A program made the position numbers and the translations under genes. From Takakia lepidozioides (Eukaryota > Plantae > Bryophyta), in contig CM060732.1 in assembly GCA_030704615.1 (NCBI GenBank), positions 46,996,001 through 47,060,000 of the forward strand: 64,000 bases of DNA, written 5' to 3'. Every line of letters starts with the position of its first letter. Within the stretch, counting starts at the first letter, position 1. Under the pieces are notes generated by a model. It was not told the origin of the DNA and made no database searches. It saw only the letters and a program-made list of their open reading frames with translations. Shown here in pieces: positions 52,561 to 63,793 of the stretch.

Positions 52561-53491
52561 TCCACGTCATCACACGTGGAGGCCGAGTCACCACGCACCC
52601 AGAAAGAAGTGGAGTGTATTCCCGCGGATTGGCACCCTTTTACCGCGGAAACAAGCTGGACGACATAATAAAAGGCATTGAATAAATGATGGATGAATGT
52701 ACAGTTGGATGATAAACAGATGGATGAGTTTGAAAAATCTATGTAGATGGATGAATGACGGATGGATAAGAGTAAAATGGATGAATGTATAATGGATGTT
52801 GAGCAATGACAAAAATTCATGACAGGAAGATGCATGACCAAATCTTTTGACGAATGCACAAAGTATATGAAATGAGTGTGGAAGGTTTGTGGGGTGGATT
52901 AAAGAGTACAGAGGATGAATGTACAATGGATGTTGTACAAAGGAAGCTTTCATGAATGGAGCACGCATGAATACAGTGTAGATGAATGCACAATGGATAT
53001 GAGAAGAGTCAGGAAGGTTTGTGAGATGGATTCATACATATAGCAATTTAAACGAAAGTTGATTCTGTGATTATTATTTGTTCTAAAGGAACAACTACGG
53101 TAGAGTAAGGGGATTCAACGTTTTCCAGATAATATGAAAATGAATATTAAAAGAATACAGTTCAGTCTGACTCAGAGTCAGTACAATGTATCCCCTCTTC
53201 CTCTGCATCTAAGTCTAAGTATTTTAGAACACCGGATCCACGCTGGATACACCTACGGCTGGCCACTAAAAAGTCAGGGGATAGGGACTCGGACGCGTGA
53301 AGTGCCATTGCTTCGGCATAAACAGGGAGCAGAAAATTGGAAAGGGGGCTGTCGAAAACAGACTCGCCAGAAATGACTGTATCTCCTGAAGATCCACCGC
53401 TGGCTTTCCTGAAAGACAGCCTGAAAAAGTTATTACTGTAACTTTGATGTTATCGAGAAATTGAGTATGACTCCCAAAGAGGGTTTAGCAC

Positions 53492-56400
53492 TTACTCACA
53501 TGAAAAGTCGTTGTCGACCTGCTTATCTTCGGGATCGTCATCATTTCGAATATGAATCCGATCAGTCTGTGTGCCTGAAGTGGAGCCAGACAAAAGGGGG
53601 AGGAGCACTGTGTTGTAGAGGTCAGAATCACCCTCCATACCAAAAAGGCTTCTTCCGCCTGCCTTGCATGCGTGGTAAGTTGCTCCTGCACCAGACAGGA
53701 GAACATAAACAGTTTGGAGGAGGGGATTTAAGCAGATGAAACTGTTGAAAGGAAACCAATTCGGAAGGGAGAAAACGAACCTGTGGACACAGAAAGATCG
53801 ACCACCCGTGCAGAGCGGTGGCTGCATGACTCCAGCAGTATTTGCATGAATGCTGGTGACTTTTCCTTTGCACCTCTCCAGGGAGTGCCATCTGGTCTCT
53901 TCAGAGTCTGACTGGACTGCATGAAGTTGTACAAAATGTCATCGACATGGGGCTCATAGGGGGGGTTGACGAAACAACCCTGGTCAGAAATCTCAAAGCT
54001 GCGGATGGAGGATGGTGTCTTTGATGTGCGAATCCTCCGCAGGCAGATCGCCTCGAACATCCTCGTCTGCCAAAGATAGCAGGTTAGTGTGGTAAACACA
54101 ATCTAAAGTGGAAGTGTGTACATCGGCTATTCAGAACTCTGACACCAAAAAACCATGAATCGTTGATGATCGGTGTCGATCATAAAACATTCTACTAGAG
54201 TGGAGCTGCAGAGAAAATTGAAACTCATGATCAAAGCATAAGCAGAAGGCAGACGGCATACCAGCTGACCAGGGAAACCCCCTTTCACAAGGTAGAGGCT
54301 GTTCACACAATTCCATGTGCGCAAAACTTCAAACCCTGAAGACTTGAGGTATGATGCCAATGCCCGACGACTATCATTGTCACATGACTGAAAAAGCAGA
54401 AGTGTCCCTGCATCAGAGAGGAAATTGTTACAGAACCCGAATACCCAACTCCAGTAGTTGTCCTCGAATTTGTTCCACCCTGGCGTCTTGCCCTTTGGAA
54501 GAACTTCTGGCACAGCCTGGCCATCCGGGATGTCGAGAATGACAATGTCGGCCGCATAAGTTTTCTGCACACCGCACACGAAGGTGGGACCTGTGCTCAC
54601 CTGCAACAGACATGTTTTTTATAAGAACGATGGCAAGAATGTTTTCAAAGAACGAGACTGAAATACTGCCAACGAAACATTCAGAGAAAAAGGAAAGAAA
54701 CTGGAATTCTCACCAGATTGAGGAATGAGATTATATTGTCCCAGGTAGGGGATGGCACCCCAGTGTATCCTCTCTTTCGACTCTGCATCATCGAAAGCCA
54801 ACCCTCATTAACAATTTTCATCTCTCCTGCTGAATCAGAACGGGAAGGGTGTGGCTTGGCATCGAACACGCACTGAAGAGTGCGGGTATATCTTCCAGCA
54901 CTAAAGTCCTGCCCACTCTCCATCTCCTTTTCATTCTCCTTCCCCTTGTCCTTTTCCTTCTCTTTGGACTTGTCTTTGTCCTTTGGCTTTGCTGGTGAGA
55001 TGGCTATGACATCAACAGCCTTGTCTTTTGGTTTGCGGCCCGCCTTCTTTCCCTTCTGCGGCGTTCCCTGAGCATCAGGCTCCTTGGCAGCCAAGGTTGC
55101 TATGTTTCGTTGATACTCTTCGTCAGTCAAAGGCGCCAGCATCTCAGCGTTATTGTTCAAGTATTTCATATGCTGTTCTTGAAAGGTCGTGTGCTCAGGT
55201 GGGCAGTCAAGGTACCACCCACAGTCTCTGAAGTGAGAAGGACTCCAGTCCTTCAATATCCCTGCAGTATACATGGTTGGATCGTTTGCAGGGTCCGACC
55301 ACATGTCAAGATAGTCGGGAATTCCGCTCAGGTGATTTCCTTCCATAAGCACATATTTCGTGTACCTGAAAAAAGGAGATGAATCCCAACCCACAAAAGC
55401 GCTCAGTGAGTAAGATGCAAGTAGAACAGAAAGAATAAAACATGGATTGAAATGGCTCTGACAACTGCTCCAAGGACCTTTCAGGACCACACTACTGCTC
55501 CAGATATGAATGTCGTCAACGCCATTCAGAACATTCCATTCCATGACACTGTAAATACATCCTAATCCAGGTGAATGCAAATAAGCGATTAGAAATGACA
55601 CAGACATAGAAGTGAATGTCGTCAACGACATTCAAGAATGAAGCCAAATTATTACTGAAATGAAGCAAAATCACAGGATGGAAATAAAAAAATTGAGTAA
55701 GGAACCATCCAGGAAAACTCAATGCACATTCATAACGAACCTATCACTGAGGACCTCACAACATCACTGTATGTGAATGGCGTCAACGCCATTCACAAAA
55801 ATACAAAAAAGAAACCAATTACTTAGCTCCCCAATCCATGAAAATTGAATTTGTCGTTTTTGAATAATACAGACACAGCTGTGAATGTCGTCAACGACAT
55901 TCACTTTGGATTTCTTAAAACAGAGCTTATGAAGCCTCCATATTCATCGCAAGAGGAAAAAACAATGCAGAACAACTGAATGTCTGCATTGACATTCAGC
56001 AAAATGAAGTGATCAACCCTCATTGTATCCTCTATGGACATTACAAAAATTTAAATAACCTTGAGGACCACACAACAACTCCGTATGTGAATGTCGTCAA
56101 CGCCATTCAAGGACATTATCAATTCTAATCAGGGACAATATAATTGCACCCTTAGATCCTAACCAGGTGAATTCATATACTCGCTTAAGAATGACTCAGA
56201 CAAAGAAGTGAATGTCGTCAACGACATTCAATCTGGATCTAAGATTGCAATCCATATGAAGCCACAATTTTTCCCAAAAAAACAGTAGAGTTTCAAGTAT
56301 GACATTTCACCTGTACACAACTCGCATCATGGCCCACTCTCCTCCAACCTGACTGTCAAAGTCGTTGGACCGTAAAATGTTACCATCTTTGGAGAACTCC

Positions 56401-58799
56401 CGGAAAAAACAGTATCTCCAGGTGAGACCTCTCCACTTCCTTATGTATGCCTCCAATGACATTTGGGGAGGGGAAACAATCGCAATGTTCAGGTCCTTCA
56501 AAGTCTGATCCAGCACAATGACGGCGCGCTTTTCGAGCTGCAAATAGTATATTTGTCAGAATTGCAAAAAAGAAACACATCACATACTTGAAGAGAAGAA
56601 ACAGCATGTTCGAATACACACCTGACTCCAAAATGTAGCCTTGTGGAGCCAGTTATCAAACACCAAATCACTGATTCCTTCCACCTTTGTGCCAGGCTGT
56701 ATGGTGCTCTTTGGGAACTGATTCAAGTCCTTTACTGTTTGATCTGAGTTCCATATCTCCAGCCACCTTATTTTTGTTTGTGGGTCGACCATCGATATGG
56801 CCAGCCGGTGCAATTTCTCCTGCTGCATCTCCGGATGCACATGCTTGTCATAGTGTGTTTTGATCTGCTGAAGGAACTCAGGACCAAGTCCAGGATCTAC
56901 TATTCTAAGCTGCTTTCCGAAGGCTGACATCAATTTGGTTCTTCGCATCTCAAACTCCTTCTTTATTGCAGCTTCCACACCCTTTGATGTCCTTAGTTCC
57001 TCTGGTGTAGTGCGGTAATATTCGGATTTTCCCTTCTCAGCTGCCTCTGCCAGTTCTTGCTGCATTCATTCAAGTAGTGATTAGCTCCGAAGGGACTCTA
57101 AACATGTATTCGAAAAGTAAACAGATTACAGACTCGGGCTTACCGCATACATGTACTCCAGAAACGCCTCTCGTGTCAAAGAATACCAAGTGCCTGCAGC
57201 TCTTCCTGTTTCGCACTTCTTGATGATATTGGGTGGTAGTACTGTCCGAAAATCATCCAGCTTCATCAGACCAATCCTCTGAATTCGGAATAGTGTGTGA
57301 ACCAAGCTTGTTGTCACATGCGATTTCTCTGTCGATCTGCAAAAACATTGAAAACATTGCATTCCTTAACACTGTTTTTTGAGGATCAACAAGACACTAC
57401 AGAGGGAATCAAATCTCCTGGATGACTTACTTGTTCACGTCGTGCATAGCTGTAAGAAGCCTAGCGATGTCGTTTCCTGGATCCAAAACCATTGCCTCCA
57501 CAGCAACATGCTTGTCTTTGTCTTTCGAATGGTGTTTCTGAATGTATCCCATCCATGCCAGCAATCGGTGGTTGCCGTCCCAGACGTAGAACATGTGGTT
57601 GCAAAATTGCTGGGTGTTCTTTCCCATCATGAGGCCCAGCTCGAACTCCTCATTGGCATCTTTCCAGCACTCATCCCAGTTATCACTGATCTCTGGAGAA
57701 ACTAATGTGCTTTTCCCATTTATATCCGTCAGTGACACATAAAAAACTTGTGCACCAAGTCTATATCCATGCACAAAATCACTCTCCAATTTTGTTATGT
57801 CATGGGAAAGAGGTGGACGCACAACAGGCATTGATATCATCCGGCACAGAGGTATGTCCAGACGCCCTCCAGATACGAGCATGTCCCTTATAACCTCCTG
57901 AGAGTTTACCTTCTGGAATGACATGAGTTCTTTCACCTTGTCAAGGTAGTGCACTTCGGATTCATCTGCTTCATCTGTATTCTCTGAGCTTTTTGCGGAC
58001 TCGTCCCCATCTCCAGATCCTTTCCCCTCTGATCCTGTAGGCTTCGACCTCACAGTTTTCTGCACGATGCCATTCAGTTCTGACTAAGTGATTTGCAAAT
58101 AGTGAATGGCGGTAACGACAATCACTCTGTATCAAGGAAACTCACCATGAATGGTGTGAAAGAATTCAGCACAATCTACACATGCAAAGCCGAGACTGCC
58201 GTATTCAAAACAAAAGTGAGAGCGATAGCGAACGGCGTTAACGACAATCACAAAAGATAACAACCTGCCGGATCGGTGTTGTGTAATGACATATATGTGC
58301 AACTGATTGGCGGCAACGACATTCAGTGTAGTTTAGGGAGAATAGTAAGTGCAGACTCTCTCTTCAAACACATAGGTACATAAATCTCATGAGCAGAATC
58401 GAATGGCGTTAACGACGCTCGCGATTCAGTAGTTCCTGCTAAAGAATGGAAGAGGAAGGACTCCTTGAAAGGCAATCACATAGACTATATGATAAAACTT
58501 ACTGGCACCTTCTTAGGTTTTGAACTTTGATCCCCTTCTGCAGCTTTCCTCTTCCCTCTCACATCTGCTGGAGTTTCTGTCTGCGCAAGGGTTTCTTGAC
58601 CTTCTTCAGGTTCGGCGTTCCGCGTGCTTCCACCTTCTTCAGTGTCCCTGCGATTCATCTCTGCCTCCACAGGCTGGCGCACTCTTATCGCCGACTGTGT
58701 CGCAGCCGCTGCCTCAGTCTCCGTCTGCTCTTGTGAATCAGTCTCCGCGTTCACCTGCTGCCTTGGCCCTGTGTTCTCCAACAAACGACGCCTCGTCAT
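53492..58799 (-). CDS. ParB/Srx-like domain + beta-class N4C/N6A DNA-methyltransferase-like fusion; complement(join(53492..53685,53781..54066,54262..54600,54714..55365,56311..56537,56622..57059,57144..57336,57431..58083,58503..58799)), about 1092 aa
   Basis: Eight GT-AG introns with matching phases give a 3279-nt stop-free CDS. ParB box: VRP..HDITKLESDF..GY...FYVWDGNHRLLAW. MTase motifs in beta order: IV ADIVILDIPDG, FLSDAGTLLLF, X EKSPAFMQILLESCS, I-II VVDLSVSTGATYHACKAGGRSLFGMEGD. Confidence 0.85.
55506..56231. repeat. Cluster of seven 24-bp palindromes in intron 5
   Basis: GTGAATGKCG-TCAA-CGMCATTCAN copies start at 55506, 55612, 55773, 55881, 55976 (degenerate), 56087 and 56208. Confidence 0.9.
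58102..58422. repeat. Cluster of four 24-bp palindromes in intron 1
   Basis: Variant copies start at 58102, 58228, 58303 and 58399 (e.g. GTGAATGGCGGTAACGACAATCAC). Confidence 0.85.
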
Positions 58800-59654
58800 T
58801 TTCTCTCTTGCTCTGCGTCTCTCTCTAAGGGAAGTAAAATAAAGAGACTTTCTTCTCTTTCGTATTCTAGAAGGAACCCTCTCCAGCTTGACTACCACTC
58901 TCCCTCTAAGCGCGAAAAGTAGAAAAACGCAGTGACTCCCGATTTCTTGCGGGATTGCCTGTGTTCTTGCGTGTCTCTAGAAGCATCGGATTCCCTCCCG
59001 CGTGACCGTTACACATAGTCGTTTCGTTATTAGTGCACATGCCAGCAATTGGTGTACAGCTGTTCGTATTCAGTTATGGATGTCTGACGTGTGCCGCCCA
59101 AAACAAAACGGCGTGTTCTAAATTATAACTGGTTCAATATTTAAAAAGAACAGCGAATCCCAGAAATTGATGCGCAGTCTTAAACAAATAAATATAAATG
59201 AACGAGAGTTTGATGACAAATTTTGGAATATCATACACGGTCATCCTTGTTATCCAAACCCCACATTCGTTGCACATTTGGAACTTTCCAGGTGCGCATG
59301 ATCATTGGTAGTAGTATATAGATACATTTACTTAATCTGCAATCCCATTCTCGGATCCTGTGGCATGCTTCCAGGAAGTCGGCTTTGTTATTGGGTTTAT
59401 TGATGAGGTTCTGATTAACGGTTTAACAGTTGCCGACACTGCCCCTATGGATTCTCTGACCACTGGGCCCACAAGAAAAGTAATTAAAATGGACGGCTGC
59501 ATATCTGGAATGAATAACAGAATATGCACAGTCGTTATCTGAGCTTCCTCCGCCATATGCTCTGCTCATTCTTCAACTGTGTTCTGGAGACAGCAGTAAA
59601 CCGATTTACACTAGATCTGCGATAGCAAGGTACAAACATACTCGAGGAAGGAAG

Positions 59655-62600
59655 ATGGCTTCCTCTGAAGCGGAGTTCTTCTCAGACGACAAACCAGTGC
59701 CGTTCTCCCAGGAAGTCCTTGACAATGGATTTGCAATTGTTCTGGAACATGTCTTGGCTACCCGTTTTCAGCTGCAGAATGGCTCCATCTTTTTGGAGAA
59801 AGAGGTTTACGATCTGAAAGGGAAGTTGGTGAAATATTCTTTCCAAAACCGTGATGAGACGGCTCATATCAGCCAGTGGAGAGTGCGTCCTGGTCGATAC
59901 AGAGTACTTGGAGAGCCTCGGCGAAAGTCCCTTGGGTCATATGTGACGCCCGGGACTGCTGCTTCGGTCGTTGAAGACAAGAGGGAGGTGGTGGTGAAAA
60001 AAGAACAGACTTCCTCCACTCCAATCGTTGAGCTTTCGGATTCTTCCGATGATGACATAAGTGAAATTCCAAATCCAGTCCTTCCTACTGTGGTTGCAGA
60101 AGCTGATGAAGAAGAGATTTGTAGTGTCATTCCAAAATTGCGGGCGATGGGAGGAATGGCTGGATTCAAAAGTGAGTTGCGGGGAATTGATTGGGAATCT
60201 TTGAAGCAGGTGCCTGTGAAGTTCTTGCCGGAGACTTTTGATGGCGATATCCTATTCGAGCTGCCTCCTCCTCCGCGAGTTGGAGGTGTAACAATCATGA
60301 TGCATGGAATGGACAAGAAACACGACGGGCACCCGTGGTGCAGAACAAAAACATCCAATATTCAGAATGATGACAAGCTTGTTTTCAGGAGGACAGTTTG
60401 CAATGGACACCTTAGGTGTGATAATTTGAATTGCAGACACTTTCTTCAGTCTGGAGTTCATAATCAAAGCGAATGGGAGGGTCTGGCGGAGAATCCATTT
60501 CAGCCTGGGACTGCCCCTCCACCGGCAAACACTTTCGTCTGCAAATTCTGCAAACTTGTGCCATCCTGCTTGGCGCTCTGCGGAGCAAGAATGTACTATG
60601 TTGTCCACCGTTTGAATACAATGACGAGAGCTTGTGTGCATTTTGGATTCCATAACCATCCTGTCTCGAAGGGGGATTACAGGGAGAGTGTTGAGACAGT
60701 ATCGAGGTTGATCAAACAGGAGTTCGGGAGAAACCCATCCGCAACAACATCTGCAATTGCTCTTGGCGCAAGCAAGTCCTTCTTGGAAAGCCATATTTTG
60801 AGTGAAGGAGATTCTGTGGGGACTAAACTTGACGGTGCAGCATTGGACCTGGTCATGGATCATTTCTCCACTTTAAGTTCACCTAACATTCGGCATCAGA
60901 TCAATGCATTGAGAATGGGCTCTGGGATCAGAGGCTACATAGACAATATTTTGGAATTGAAACGACTGAGCAAGTACGATTACATCCAGGACAATGTATT
61001 CCCAGGTCAAGGTGCCATCAAAGTTTTTCTTTTCAAAATGTCGACTGTTGGGGAGGGCAGTGGGGTTAGCCTCGTGAAGCGGATGCAGAAGACTGGGGAC
61101 TTGCAGAACTGTTTTCTTATGTTTGATCATGTGAAACGAGTGAAGGATTGGACGACAATGGCTTGTCATGTCTACGATCCAGTGTACCAACGAGTTATGA
61201 CAATTGCAGTTTGTGACATGCAATCCGAGGATACGGAATCCCAGAAGCTCATGTGGAATTCCCTGATACGTGTCATGGGCTGCCATGGGCTGCCATCTCC
61301 AAATTTCGCAGGTTTCATGGCGGATAGTGCTCAAGCAAATTTCAATGCTATTCGTATTGTCTTCGGATCGGGCGACCCAAAAGTGCCTATGCCAGGAAGA
61401 GAGCGTACATGTCTATTCCATTGGACACAATCTCTGGAAAAACATACAAAGTCGGACATCAAACCAGAGATGCAGACTCAGCACCGTAAATTGTGCAAAG
61501 AGTACAAAGATGCTAGAACAATGAAGGAGGCGGACACTTTGTTCCAGACAATTCGTGCCTGGTGGTTCTCTTCTGGAGCTGCATCACTTGAGAGTATGAG
61601 AGCATTGGAAGATTGGCTGGCGTTTTGGCACTTCCGGTATAGACAGTGGGGAGCAGCCATGACAATGGTACGAGGCTTCTATTTCATGCTTTATTCATAC
61701 ATTTGCTTTCCATATTTTTGACTCATTGCTTTCTTTATGTTGTTTCCTGTGCACTATTCTGAAGTGTGGTTATCCTCTTTGCAGAACATGTCCATTGAGG
61801 AAATGGCAGACATGCCATCTTGCAATTTGGCAGAAACTGTGCACAATGCATGGTTGCAGCAGTCTGGGAAACGAGGTCGGGATTTGTATGTGGCAACAAC
61901 AGATGATTTGATACGTGCCTTGCAACAACAAACCCGATACCGTGATTTCTTACGAGGTGGGGTTGGTGGCAAGGGTCCGGACAAATCGGAGTTGATGTTG
62001 CGTGCTGCAAACAGATCTGGGGATCCAATCAAGATAGCACGGGCGGTGAGCATGTATGCCCAGGGAACGCCACTTGTTTCTAGAGTTCCACATCTTGAAG
62101 GGGAGGAGAGATTCGGCTCCTGTAAGAGGAAATTGAACACTCCACCTGGTTCGGATTCAGATTCCCACAGGGCAGACCGTGATAACTTCTCGAAGCCTCG
62201 TGTTCCCCTGCATGACAGCTCCGTGTCCGGAACCTCCATTGTGGAGGAACCTCCAACACGACGGCAAGCTCCAGCATCAAACCGTGCCACTGAAATGGTG
62301 CAGGAGAGAAACAACCCCCTTGATGTGCTTGAGTCCGCATGCCCCGACCACGTTTGGCACATAGAACGCACAAGTGTCGGGTCTCGTGTGAAATGTACAG
62401 CGATCAGGGCAACTAATTTCGAGAAGTGCACTTCATCTATATCCAGAGGTGGTGCCCGAACTCCTGCTCCGACTTTCACGGGCTTGATGCGTCCATACGG
62501 TCAACCAGAAGCCAAGAACCACAAGTTCTGGTTCTGCGCAGATGATTGTGCCAGATGTGTGCATGGAACTGTGCGTCCTTCCGTAGTGATGAAGCCATCT

Positions 62601-63170
62601 CCTCCAACCGTTTGGCCCGTGAAGGTGGGAACACATCTCAGCTTTCAGGAGATTGAAATGCTGGAGGAGGCAGGTTTTTCCCTTGCGAGACAACCCCAAC
62701 TCCATGCATGTGCTACTACTCCTGCGTCCTCCCGGGTCCCCCCGGCAAATCCTGACTTGTGGCCAACCAAACGAGATGGAAAGCTCGTTCGGCGTTTCCC
62801 TCCAACCGCTGAACACTTTGGCAAAGTGGAGTCCGCAAGAATGCTCCAAGCTCGTGTCGGAAGCACCACGGAAGTACCCGATCCAGGATATGGTCGGGTA
62901 TTCACAATCATCACTTCCACATCTGCTGTTCATGACAGGACCTACGACATCACGGTTTCCAATTTCCCCAATTGCACATGTCCTGATTTTGTGAATATGC
63001 TATCAACCAGTTTGGGCAAGAGAGGTAAATTCATACCCTGCAAACATTTGTATTTCATATTTTTGAGGAGGATGGTTTGCGATCCCAAACGTGACAACTT
63101 CATTCACCAGGCCACTATGAGTTTCAACGAGGTCGATACTCTTTTGCAGCGGGATACAACACATGGGTAG
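59655..63170 (+). CDS. Mutator-type DDE transposase with GCM-like N-terminal domain and C-terminal SWIM; join(59655..61667,61785..63170), about 1132 aa
   Basis: Catalytic D (FLMFDHVK), D (FMADSAQANFNAIRIVF), CxxH (CLFH) and E (CNLAETVH). N-terminal DGHPW..CNGHLRC..C..HFGFHNHP. SWIM CTCPDF..CKH. One in-frame GT-AG intron. Confidence 0.92.
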
Positions 63171-63689
63171 CATGAACTATGTAATGTGGTATGTGGATGA
63201 CCATGATTTGAAATGTGTAATTCACATCAATTCGTCGGCTGTGCAATGATATGGCCTCCAACTATACGGAGTGAGGTCTGAGTGACAACTTTTAGGTAGT
63301 GCACATTTGTCATTGCACCGTTCGAAGTCTACATGTCTTGCTGTCGCTATGCACTACAATCATCTTTTGAAGATGATCATAACTCTCATTGTTATTTGAG
63401 GAGGGAGGAAGTCTTCTCGTGGCAGCCTTTATGGCGCACACTTTGTGAGGATATTTTGTCGTCTTCGTAATTGTAAAAGTGAAACAAACATTTGTAATTG
63501 CACAATGTTGGATGCTGCAATTGTAGGCCTCAACGCTCGTCTTGATTCTATTTAGGCAAGATTCCCTGCATTAATTCCACGGTCATAGGACCATCCACGG
63601 TTATAGGCGGCGCATGTTAATGCTGACGTGGCAGTTGACGGACAGTGCCACGTCATCATTTACCGCCACATCAGCATGCTGACATGACG

Positions 63690-63793
63690 CTCACGCCACG
63701 TCAGCTGGCGTGAGCGTACGCTCACGCCACGTCACTCCTGCGTGAGCGTATGCTCGCGCGCTCACGTGCAACGCTCATGCCATTGCGTCGTTG
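63690..63793 (-). repeat. Right imperfect TIR and subterminal motifs
   Basis: Repeated GCTCACGCCACGTCA and GCGTGAGCGTA. Ends GCCATTGCGTCGTTG before the TSD. Confidence 0.8.

Larger units (their letters stand above)
52464..63793 (+). mobile_element. Intact-looking 11,330-bp Mutator-like (MULE) DNA transposon with two divergent genes
   Basis: Perfect 9-bp TSD TCTTACTCA at 52455-52463 and 63794-63802, and removing the element restores the Gypsy frame. Imperfect ~55-bp TIRs: CAGGGATGCCTCGGCGTGAGC..CACGTGAGCGCG vs CAACGACGCAATGGCATGAGC..CACGTGAGCGCG. Encodes a DDE transposase. Confidence 0.95.

Noticed and set aside
55506-56231. CRISPR-like array of 24-bp palindromes with variable spacers
   Set aside because: Spacing is irregular (about 95-160 bp), the spacers are partly duplicated, and the cluster lies in a spliceosomal intron. 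It is better read as dispersed binding sites.
53492-58799. Bacterial contamination as the source of the ParB/MTase gene
   Set aside because: The gene has eight phase-consistent GT-AG introns, lies inside a TSD-flanked element within a plant Gypsy, and has a second partial copy nearby.
59655-63170. Kyakuja-Dileera-Zisupton or hAT transposase
   Set aside because: The D..D..CxxH..E pattern with FMAD...NAIRIVF and the 9-bp TSD fit Mutator.
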